Part shown: positions 37,281 to 49,100 of the stretch, piece by piece
Position numbering within the stretch: position 1 is the first letter of the stretch
Layout: every line of letters begins with the position of its first letter
Assembly: GCA_000934665.2 (NCBI GenBank)
Contig: KZ538593.1
Span: forward strand, 1-60,187
Source: Catajapyx aquilonaris
Lineage: Eukaryota
Reading direction: 5' to 3'
Length of the DNA: 60,187 bases
Notes under the pieces: generated by a model
The model's database searches: none
Told to the model about the DNA's origin: nothing
The model's input: the letters and a program-made list of their open reading frames with translations, nothing else
Position numbers and translations under genes: made by a program

Positions 37281-38001
37281 TTAAAAAATTGTCATTTTTG
37301 GATGGGGGTGGTCATTAAGGTATGTTGTAATAAGGTCAAGTTACGTGATCAGGGTAATGATAGGGAATGTCAGGCTATTTCTGAAACCCCTAAATATCCA
37401 TAACAGTCAGATTTCCCATTTAGTAGGGGTATTCCTTATAATTTGCATGGTGATGTCACATACTTAATGACTGATTCCTGTAACAATGACATACCGTCCA
37501 AAAGTAATCATATTGTATTTGGATAATGGAATAGGCCAGGGAAAAGAGAATATAATATTTATTCACCATGTGGGATGGTCAGAGAATAACCATACTTGAC
37601 CATTATGTGGGAATGCTAGCTGACTAGCATTTTTGCAAGATTCTGCGTTCACCTTCAAGAATCCTCAACAAGCCTATCCTAAGAGGGAGGCCATGTTGTA
37701 AGTTAATGTATAGGAAAAAATCTGCATCCAACTATTACATTGCATACTGTAAGATCACAATGATCAAGGTTAAGGAACAAAAACTGAAATCATGATGAAA
37801 GATTCTCACATGACGCAAAAAGCTGGATTTTTTCTGCAGTCCAGGTAAGAAAATGCAGCCTGTTGCAATAAATTTGATTTCTTTAAATACAATACACTAG
37901 GTTATATGAAAGCATAGTATACAGGGCAGCCTTGGTTCGGCATAGGTGTAGTACCATAAACAGCCTCATCAGTTGTCTTTGGGTAAATACTCGTAATAAT
38001 A

Positions 38002-38177
38002 CAGGAGACTCCAAAAATCACAGACTTCAAGGGACTGCAGGAATCAGTCTGCTATATCCAAGGTCTGTTATAGCCAGATGCACAGGCCATATTTGGAAGT
38101 ATGGCAGGACCCGCTTTTATAGTCTGCTGTAACCGAGAATCTGTTATAGTTGAGGCTGTTATATCTGGAGTCAACTG
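38002..38177. mobile_element. Short pogo/Tigger-like MITE
   Basis: TA|CAGGAGACTCCA ... TGGAGTCAACTG|TA with repeated CTGTTATA motifs; same family as 53719-54141. Confidence 0.7.
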
Positions 38178-40806
38178 TAATTATAGCTTATTAATTGATA
38201 ATTTGCTTACCAAAAGTTGGAAAACTGGTTTAAGTGTCGCGTACAGTCAAATGCATTTCATTTGCTGCAACTATGCATAATAAGAGTTTAAAGATTTGAT
38301 AAGGGGGGACTGACCCAGCCAAGCCTTTCAGCCCCCGCTGTAACTATACAGGATGCAATTGGGTAATTGGTGAGCACATGCTAATGACCTGGCCAAAATG
38401 TAACCTGGTGACCACCATGGCAGGTAGAGGTGAATTATTTTTGTGGAGGATACACTAAGGACAAGGTGGTGGCACTGAACTATGGAGTTTGTTGCCTTTT
38501 CTATTGAACCTGTTACGGCTCAGGGGACTGCCTGCAATGCACCATATTGGGTGGAGCTATAGCATGGGGGTGGGGTGGGGGGTGGAGGTGGAACTTGGAT
38601 CCATGAAATTCTGCAGGACACTGCACTTTGGCCCCCTTTTTCACAAGTGCATTCTGGCCAGGATCCAAAAATCGAATTTTCTGTCTGGCCGTTATAAGGA
38701 CTCCTAGACATTGATAATAACAGATAGGACTAGTGACTCACAGGATGTGTGGAGCTCAATGACATTTGGATTTGGTGTGACCCATGACTCCATATGTATA
38801 TCATGAATGACTCCTAGGTTCCATTGATTCCTTGATACACACCAGATCATTGGCAACATCCGCAGCGGATTGAGAAAAACCTATATTGGTCACTTGTTGG
38901 TGCCGATATATCAAATGGTTTTTTAGGTACGTTGTTGCAGGTTGAGTCTAGTTGGGATGAACTTTGCTACCTGATACCCTGATATAATCGGAGTGTCTGC
39001 AATGGATCTGAGGATATCTTAAGGAGCTGTGAATGGACCGGTTCGAAGCAGCTGAACAGGACCTTGGAGATCGGTGCCAAACAACACAAAATAGCCCCTG
39101 ATTTTTTTTTTATAACACCCCACCCCCCACCCCCTCCTGGACTTATGCTCTTGTTTCATATGTCACCCTGCATGTGAGGTTCACGTGAGGAAGGTTGAGG
39201 ACCTTTCGCAAATGTCCCTTTTGGCAAGCAAACGCGCAGACGCAACATGGTTGCCACGTGGGGTGCGCGTGCTCCAGAAACTTTATGGCCGGATTAATTC
39301 CGAACCGGACCACCTACAGCCACGATTTTTGGCTAAAGTAACGCGTATGGAGCATTTGCAACTTTAGGCAAAATGTGTCCATAAGTGTGCATCCGTTTGG
39401 GTGCAAAAACGGATCCAAGTTCTGCAATATGGCGTTGGGTGTTGGCAACACCGCATGGGTTTCGACCAATCGGGAAGAGGGGTGGCCTATTTTTTTCTTA
39501 TTTTTTGTTCGGAGCTTCTTCTATCGGGCTGTTGTTGCGTCAGGGCGGCGTGTCCTCTTCGTCCAAAAGTCCAAGGGGCTTATGAGAGACTAGCGTCTGG
39601 CTTCCAACTTGCCACTGGTGCATTTTAAGCGGGACTTAAGTGAGATGGGACTAGTCTGGTCTTGACCCGGAGCTTGGTCGGTAAGCTCCATATTTAGTGT
39701 ATTTGTTTAAAAAAAATTTTTTTTTTTTGAAGTGTTTGTTTCCCATCTTTGCGTTTTGCGGTGTACGCAGATTTGTATTTTCGGAGAATTTTGTGGTGCA
39801 GAATCGGTTTGGGTTGACGCAGGGACGGTTTTAGGACGGCTCGATATTCGGCACAGTTTCGCCAAAATTGGGGCCAGCATTTACGGTACCGTATGCGCGA
39901 GCGGGATATTTCGTGACAATTAGCGTGCATGACGCTAGCAATTACTCACGGCTCTTTGCATCATAATATTCCACGTCATTTGCTTTTTTTAATTTAAAAA
40001 AAAGTGATCTTTGACCCAAGTTTTTGCGCAAGTTTTTAAAATTTTGTGTGAATTTTTCTCATGTGTTTTTTTTTGACATTGACTGAATCTCATTCAACCC
40101 CAAAAAATTTTGAGCCAGCCGGGCTCTGACGTAAGTGGTCACGTGACCTTCGACTCCTAATATTCGCGATGTGACAATCTAATCGCATACATATACAAGG
40201 ACACGTGTTCTCACATATAATAACTTGCAAAAGATCCTTCGAAAGCACAAGTAGCAATCGATAGTGCCTTTTTGGAATCCTGACAAGACTCAACGAAGGA
40301 CAAGGCGAAAGAATAAGAGGGGCCTTAAAAATAGGACCTAGGATACCGCTTCCCTGGATGTGGCACAAGTTCATACCCTCCAGTTTTTATGCCATTTTTA
40401 AAACTTTTTTTAAAAAATGTTTTGTACAAAAAGTGTGCCACCCAGGTCAGTGATGTCAGTTGGACCTTGCGCCGGGAACGGGTTCAAAATAGATTATATC
40501 CGGATCGGTGTGGATTGGCATGCCAACGCATGTAATTTCGCACATGTGATCAGTTGGTGCCCACACCTGCAATTAGATATGTCGCAACTGGTCGCTAATA
40601 TGCATGACCCAAGAGCAACCTTTACATAAGTTTTTTTTTTCTCAACATGATTGTTCACCCCAAAGAGGTCGTATTTAGCGTGCAAGGCGATGGGAACATC
40701 TTGGGAACATGTATAAAAAAAAGGAGGTGCATTGGCTGCTGGAGGTGAATGCGGCCTTGTGCTGAGTCAAAGCTGCAGTAACCTTGCTAGAGTGCTGTAA
40801 CTTGGC

Positions 40807-40943
40807 ATGGGCCAGAACCCCACCTCTTTAAGTCCGGTTGCTATTGTTGCTGGAACCGCAGTGTGTCAGGGTCCCACGATTACTTCATCCATGCCGGGTA
40901 TTTCCGTCTTCCGGGGGACAAACCATGGCCTCTTTTTAGGCCG
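40807..40943 (+). CDS. cu: Candidate alternative first coding exon of nocturnin (MGQNPTSL...GLFLGR)
   Basis: Open from ATG 40807 to strong donor CG|GTAAGG, phase 2, in frame with the exon at 47080. Confidence 0.45.
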
Positions 40944-42985
40944 GTAAGGACTTACGCGGCTCATTTGCTCTTATGGTTACGTAAGGCGGGGGCGATGGGA
41001 GGCTGGGTAAGGGGGGAATAGTATATTATGGTGCTTCAAGGCTGTGGACGAGGTTGTAGCAGCAGGGAAGTTTTGAGATGGTGGGTTCAAGGGTGGTGCC
41101 CTGGACCAAGGTGGACCTACTTTGCGACCCTCCAGCGGTGCAGATATGCCGTTTTTGCCGGGGAAGCGGTCAGTCGACTTAGCCTTGGGAGTTTCCGCTA
41201 CTAAGAATGAAAAAAAATAAATATAATGGGGAGGGGGTAATAAAATTAATCGGGGAGATATGTTGTAAGGAGTTTTGCAAATTGTAATCCGCAGATTCAG
41301 ATAGCTGAAGGCGTATTGAGGAAAACGGGGAGGAATATTGCGATTTAAATAAGTTTATATATGGGCGAGGATTAGGAGAACAATGGCCGCGGAGATTTCT
41401 TCATTGGAAATAAATTTGCAAGTCTGGTAATGGGATGAATGATGAATAAATAACTGGAATTGGATGGAGAAATGACGACCAATACTTGGGAAATAGAAAG
41501 GAAGAAACTAGACAAAGACAGGGAAGAAATTATTTTTTCCTGTACTATGTGATGAGAAGAAATCCTATAGTTCTTGGTGCTTGTCGTGAGACTAGCAGTG
41601 AGTAATGCATGTCACGCACGAAACGTGACGCGCAGCCATTAATGCACATACGTCACAAACTGCCAAAGACGTGTACGAAGGATTAGCCAATTAATATTGG
41701 TTGAAACCATACAATTAGGGGTGTGTGGCGCAGAATTTATTACCTGGTGTGTATGGGTCCAAGTGGGAAGCACTGTGATGAACGCATGAACCAGATATAA
41801 GAATACAACAAAATCATTTTCTGTTCCGCATTTGGCAGCATCAATGTTCAACGTATATTGAGGTCGTGAAACATTTGCTCATAATTGAGATTTTTGAGCA
41901 ATAATAATCGATGCAAAGATGTGATCGCCATTGACAGAGATGGACGAAGATGGACAACGAGCCGGTTTTATGTGTTATGACAGCGATGACATGAATGGAT
42001 GGCGGAGAACATGACTGGAAGGAAAAGTAGATGCACAAAATGTTGTGCAAACGACGATTACCGAAGTGCATAGCAAAGAGCAAGGTGTTAGGCCATCATT
42101 CAATACCATGACATTGAAAGGCTTCTCAATATTGTGGCCGTCGGCGTATATTTTGGTTTTTATCGCTTATATCCAATTTTATACGTCTACAATTACGTCT
42201 TATTTTGGGCTGAGCCACCTTTTCTTGTGGACATCGTGTACGGTACTGTCTTTCCTGCACCGACTTGTCCAGTACCCATTTTATGACGTCTTCGTCAGTG
42301 TCTCAAAAATGTGTGACGTATGTTTATAAATAATATATTTGGATGAGCAGCCGCTTTACGCGTCTATAGAAAGCCCATATTTTCCGTCACCATGTTTACC
42401 ACAGGATTGGAAGACGCAAGATATATGCACATTATTTCGTTCGTGATATTACGAAGTGAAATACAATCTGCAAAATTGCACTGATATGTGCAAAATCAAA
42501 CACAAAATCGAAATCAAATACTTGAATTGTCCAGGAAGGACAAAAGAGCCTAATCAAGAACAATGTTCGATTGTTGTGCGTGGGCACCAGCAGCCACACC
42601 TGACCTTCGCTGTGATTGGCCTGGGAGTGACCCTGCGCGAGGTGTCCTGAGATGATGGCCCGGAGGAGGAAGGTCCCCCCTCGCCATCAGGTACAATTAT
42701 TTGACTATTGGAGCAGGAGGAAGATGGCGAGGAGGGAGGGTGTGGGAGGATGGAGGCAAAGAAAAATAAAATGGTAAATGGTAAAGGGGAAAGGAGGAGA
42801 GGCCCCTCCTTCCCTCACCTTCTTCCCCCCCCGCCTTCCCCGGTGACCAGCACCTTGGTATAAAAAGGCAGGTGCGCCTCCATCAGGGCCGCTCTGGATG
42901 ATGCAAAGTTAAAAGGTGGAGCAGACAGAAGTGCATCATCAGACTCAACCAGATACACTGAAGGCGCACACCGGCACATTCCACC

Positions 42986-43134
42986 ATGGACCCCAGGGAC
43001 TTCAGGGAGTCGTTGGCTTTGGCCGAGCAGTTGGCCCGTGACAGCCTGAGCCGTACCCGTACCGAGAAGAGGAAGGTATCCAGGGAAGAAGCTGGATACG
43101 TGCCTCCCAAACAGCTGTTGCTGTATTTGGTCAG
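42986..43134 (+). CDS. cu: Nocturnin first coding exon (MDPRDF...YVPPKQLLLYLVR)
   Basis: CCACCATGG start with an upstream in-frame stop at 42959; donor AG|GTATGC, phase 2. PPKQLLLYLVR-MGSF resembles an insect nocturnin isoform N-terminus. Confidence 0.85.
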
Positions 43135-46100
43135 GTATGCTCCACTCGATTTGTCCCCGGAAGATTCCGCCCATAGATAAAAGCGCTCCATAAGCAGGAG
43201 TCTGGGTGTGTACCGGTACAAGCAATACATTGTCATAAGGAAACGCCACTTGCCCAAAACAAGGAAGATCATTCCAAATAATATCTTGCCAGGAGTTTGT
43301 TGGAATCCTCACACTGCTCTCCTGGCAAGATATTGTTTGGAATGATCTTGCTTGTTTTGGGCAAGTGACTTTTCCATTTGACAATGTATTGTGTGCTTGT
43401 ACCGGTACACACCCAGTCTGTTGGGAGGTCCTCACATTGATTCTACGCTGGGTTACTGTGCCACAAGGCTCAATGCATTATATCGCCGAAAAAGATGGAG
43501 AAAATTTGCATTGAAACCAAATGCAAAATCGTCTCCATCTTTTTGAGCGATATTACGTGTGAGAGCGACGTGTAACCGACGTCCTTGCACACGGGCATGC
43601 ATCCCTATGTACCTGGATGGACACCGAGGCACGTGTCAGAAGCGATCAACGCCCTTATTAACAGGCACGTAACAACACGGTCCGGAATGTGCCTCAACGC
43701 CCATCCTACAGGATGGACCACAGTTCAAGTTATATATTGTTTACTTCGTTGTAAACTGGTTGCTGGTAGTAAACAATCTGGAGCCAGGGATTTGGGCAGC
43801 GGACCACCCTGTGTACCATAGTTGACCAACAGCATTCTTCGGACACTGCTGGACCGCACGTCTATTTCCGGATTGCTTCCTTTTGCATAACTTCCGTGAC
43901 GTCCATCGGATGCCCTATGACCCCCATGGGCCAAGCAGACTTCGCCGCCAGATCTGATACAATTGTTGTGCATATGAACCTGTGTGCACACTGTCAAGGT
44001 GTTTATTTCTGGGGACATGCGTTTCGACAGAGATGGCGGGGAAACGAAACAAGACAAGGATAAATACGTCACGAGATTTCCGCGTGGCCTCAAATTACGT
44101 TCGCTTTTTTAATATATTTTTTTTTCTAAAGTCCTAATTATCACTTGCGGACGAAAGTGATCAGGGAGAAGGCATGGCCGGAAATCCTTGTCCTCAAGTC
44201 GGAGGACGATCAGTTTTCCCCCAAAAGCGCGGCGCACTGGTTCACCCTCATGGGCAACGGGAAATGAACGTTCGGTACACCATCGCTTTGGATAAAAAGT
44301 ATGGATGATTTACGAGCTCGGGACGTTTTTTGGGCCCGATTTTTATGGGAGGTCGATTGGCCCGTAGGTGATGTATGCGTCGTCAAAAACTGGCTGTTAA
44401 TTGGATTTCCTTCTGAGGTGGGGGGGTTTTTTCGATTCTGATGAGACCTTGGGGTGGCGCCTAACATGCCGGATAATTGACAACCACCCTTCCTGAAAAG
44501 GTACACCTGGTTTTTTGAAGCGCGCCGGTAATTAACATGAAAATGTGACCAAGGTCGAGACGCCTTTCTATGCCATTGAGGTCGGCTTCCTCCTGCTCTT
44601 GACCTTAGGCTATAAGGAAACTGTGCGTTTTTGGAGGTGTCCAGATGACGTGACTGATAGTACGAGTCTTAAAAGACTTACACCTGACGTCAATAGTGCG
44701 CATCATAGCGCATCATTTGCATATACTTTAGACTCTTTTTTTTACGTCACTTATTTGTGAGAAACGCAACAACCCGTAGGTTATCGTGGGTTAGTGGTCT
44801 GCGTGTAATTGGATGGGAAGCAATCACGAGAGTTGGTGTCTTGTGTGATGCAAACAGGGCAACATTAGATATGAATGATTTGGTCCCCAGGAATTTGGGA
44901 TTCGCGGTTGTCCCCCGTCCAGGACAGTAGCAAACAATGCTGGTCATCTTCAGAGTGGGGCGCCGATGCCCCACGTTGGTGACCCAAGCGTTGGATCAGG
45001 TCAGGTGAGTGTGCTGGTGCAGGTGATTTGTTTGCTGTTTTTTTCCCCGTATTTTTTTGTGGAAGTGGTGTTGATGTGCTCCTGATATGTGGAGGTCACT
45101 GACTGAGCGACACTGGGAAAGGGCAAAACCATTTCAGCAGCCTTGACCTTGGCTAGGCTCTTGAGCAGTAGTGTTTTTTTGTTTTGTTTGTGGGCTATTA
45201 ATTAAGGTGGTCACGGACATGACAGGATTACTGGTCTGGTGTTATCAGTTACATGTTGTTACTGTGAATATATGTAGTTGCTACATACTAGATGATGACA
45301 TTTCAATACCTTTTAGAAAGGTAATGGGGAAAGTGGCACAATTTTTACTAATGAGTTGTGTGCCATAATATTTATATCAAAAGGTTAGTTTCACCACGAA
45401 ATCGCGATTCAGGTGATTCATTCTATGCGTCATCCCAATTTATTGCTGTATATTTACAACAGTATAACTGTGCAATTAGAATATTCAGATGACTGCACAC
45501 CTGGATGAGTCAGAATATGTAGGCTTGCTACATTTCTGAGATTTCTTATATATTTATTGTGATAGGGTTACATCCTCTCAATATCTTGCCAATGTGCAAT
45601 ATGTTGTTCAGTGCTGTAAATGGTTAATTTTTGGATAGCGTTGGGTTGATAGGCATCGCGGAAGGCGGGAGGGTGAGTGTTGGCTGGGGGCTATGGCTGT
45701 GTCTCAGACACGGAGCAGGCAGGCTGTAGGATAGGCGTGTATCTGCTGAACATCACTCCTTCCAAATTTTTTACGTATATTATGTTTCACTTACGGCACT
45801 CTCTTCCCCACCAATGCACATGTCATAAGAACAAGGCGATAAAACATAAACACTACATTATTTTATAAATTGGGTACTTTAATTTGTGTGTTTATAAAAT
45901 GTACTTACCACAATAGGTGACCACATCAAGTCACACAGCATGTCAAATTGGCCTTTTAAGAGTGTAATGAAAGTATCCCTTCCAGGATTGATTTTGTTGA
46001 GAGGCATGATGATTTGTATTGGAAGTTGTTCCTAATAATATTAGATAAAACAGTTAAACTCATAGTGTTCAAATATCTGTTCCTTGAGTAGTGAAAACCT

Positions 46101-49100
46101 GGGCTTGAAAATTGAGAATTTGCAAAATTTTGCGCACTTGAAATGACATTTGAATATTCTAGGAACCTGCTAAAATGTTGATTTTAAATTTAATGACAAC
46201 AGTATATGATGACCCTTTTTTGAATTTCATGTTGTTCACTTATATTTAATAAAATCATTCATGGTTGAATGTGTCAACATCTGAAACGGAGTATTACAAT
46301 GGGGAATCATGCTTGCATGCATTTTAAATTTATTATAATTAATGTTCATAAGAAATATGCCTATCAAAACATTGGCCGTCATCTACTTTTGTCATAAAAA
46401 TAAAAATAAAAATTCTGGCAGTTTCCCCTCCGTAATTTCGACAATAATAGGGCTATTGTGAAAGTTATTTGAGGCACATTCCATGATAAACTTATTTTAT
46501 ATTTGCAAGTGTGTACAATTTTGAAGATGATATTTTTATTCTCATAGCATGAAGGTCTGGGAAATATGACTAACTTGTAACAGTTGTATAATAAAGCAGA
46601 TTTTCAAATACAGTATTTAAATCAGTTGTGATACAGGGCATATTTTATAATAAAACTATTATCTAGAAAAATACAGTGAAATGTTGCAACATTACATAGT
46701 CGCATAAATGCATAATGGAGGAATAAATTATGGTTGGAAAGTAACCACTTTCATTGCCATACTCACTCTGTCCCTTTAGCAAATATCGGCCTATACACTG
46801 CAACAAAGAAACTGATCCCCGCCCAGTATTTAGTTATGTAGAGTATTGCCCTCCCAGATTATTGATGTCTGATTTCATGTTCATATGGATGACTACTGTT
46901 GGTACCAATTGTTTGGGAGTAACCATGTTCCATTTAATTGCACCCTGTGTCATGGTGTTGGTTATTGTGGGGTCAGAATGGAATCCATTGGGCACAAGTA
47001 CAATCTATTCTGTAGCAGGTAGAGAGGGATGAGGTAAAATACTCAGGCATACTGTTATCATTGACTATTTTTTGTCCAGGATGGGAAGCTTCACATCAGC
47101 TCCCAAGATGCTGAATGATGACCTTCAGGACAGTGACATAGACTTGCCACCCCACCTGCACAGGGAGGAGTTGGTGTCCCGCTGCAGGAAGGAACTCGCC
47201 CACTTTCCGCCACTCCTCGGCAGGTCCTTCCAGAAGGTACAGTGGCAGATGAGTGACTCCTGGGAAGGAGAAGATCTGGCTGGTATGCCCCTATCACAGG
47301 CTGCCATGGGGCAGGGTGGCCCTTTGTCCACTCCTGTCAGGCTCTTTTGGTCTCAAGCCCCTCGAGGTAAGTGTATAGTTCATCTGCACTGTCTATTGAG
47401 TTGATGAAAGTAATATTAAGGCAAAAGTGTGATTCTGCAATGCTAACCTTGCCTATGCTTAAACTGTGGACAATTCAAGTTATTGACAGGAGTGTTTGAG
47501 GTGACTCACAACATATCTGTACAGTGAGGTTACACAAGCTGTGGGGAAAGAGTACCATTTTTTCTGCATTTACATTGACAAGTTTGTATTCTGGAATTTC
47601 ATGGCTAAGGGATGAGTGACAGTGGCACTACAGTGGAACTTCCATAATTCAGACATCTCTGAGTTGAAGAAATTATGACATTGGCGGGTCACAATGGAAA
47701 GTAGTAGAAATTCAACTTTCCCAAGTTGAAATTTTAAACCTCGAAGCTATCCATAATTTGAACTGAGGGCAATAATGTTGATTCTATGGTTTAAACTTCT
47801 TATTTTTTTGTTTCTGTGAGTTGATGTTTGTGCCATATTTGGGTGTGGGTTACACCACTACACTGCCTAAACATTAAGGCGGACCTAAACTTGTGTTACT
47901 TGACAGCGGCGTCAAGGAGGCATTTTTGCATTGCTAATAACATTAATCATTTATTTAGAGTGAAGATCACTGTCTGTGTCACCAGAGGTCTATCACAAAC
48001 TTTTTTTTACACTCCTTGCATTGAATATTATGGAACAACATTTTTGTTTATTTAACATTAGACAATGTGGATATAAAGTAGAGCTGGTCCTTGTGCAGTT
48101 TTGTGCCATAATAGTTTTAAAACTTCTCACAATGGAATCTTATAAACTGGAAGTTCTTTTTTTTTTTTGGTCGCTTGGATATTCGAGTTTTCCATAGAAG
48201 TTACACTGCATTTCAATAATAAGGAGGTGTTCTAACTAGACAATCATGAGAAGATGCAATTCACTACTCACATCTCTTGAAGTGGACGTCATTGAAATGA
48301 TGCTCCATAGTCTATGATAAATTGTAGGCCTAGTCTGGTTGTACACTGCTCCTGCGCAAAACTATGTGCATGGACCGAGATGGTTGAGACACCATAGTGC
48401 ACATCTCTATTGCATATATGCTGCCATTTGGGACAAAATATTTGGGAAGGGAACATTTTAATTCCCTTAAAATGCCCCCTCCTCTAATATTTTGCCTCAA
48501 AAGGATTTTCAGCGTAGGCGAGTACCAGACGGGCCTGTCACCTACAGAGTGCCAGCTACGGGTACAGTTTGCAGCAGAAAGTGATATGTGGAAGGAGATA
48601 ATAATTGGCCCACAATGGGTGCTGGTGTAGCGATACTGATCCTTACTACTGGATCGATCCTACCACAGCTATTGAGCATAATTTCAGTGACGTACACGTC
48701 ATTTGATGTGAGTAGAGTGAATTGCATCTTGGCGTGTAGTTGGAACACCACCTTTCATGGAGAATTGAGGTTTTATGTCATGTAGGCAAGTTTTACAGTT
48801 GAAGAAGCATGCAATGGAATCATCCAATAATTATTGTTGTTGTTGCCTGTTCCACTTCAGGCGTGTGGGCATTCCTCATACATATGTGACATGTACAGTA
48901 CCGCTCATAAAGAATGGTATGACTATTGACAAAATGTTTAACCTGTTCCCGACCCCTGGGTCACCAGCATGTTGATAGGGGTTGTGAGAAGAGCAGGGAA
49001 AAGGTAATTACATTGAAGAAACAAGAGAAGAAGAAAACAAGGCAAAGGGTAATAAAAATTTCGGGAAAAATCGGGGTGGGGTCATACGTATCGCCAGAGG

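Larger units (their letters stand above)
39180..44760 (+). promoter_or_regulatory. Nocturnin multi-promoter region with clock-type motifs
   Basis: CACGTG at 39182, 39255, 40140, 40202, 43630; TTACATAA 40622; TTACGTAA 40977; TGACGTCA 44685; TATAAAAAG 42859; CpG-rich patches. Confidence 0.6.

Noticed and set aside
42815..43435. 206-aa and 129-aa minus-strand ORFs
   Set aside because: Antisense to the nocturnin first exon; no recognisable protein.
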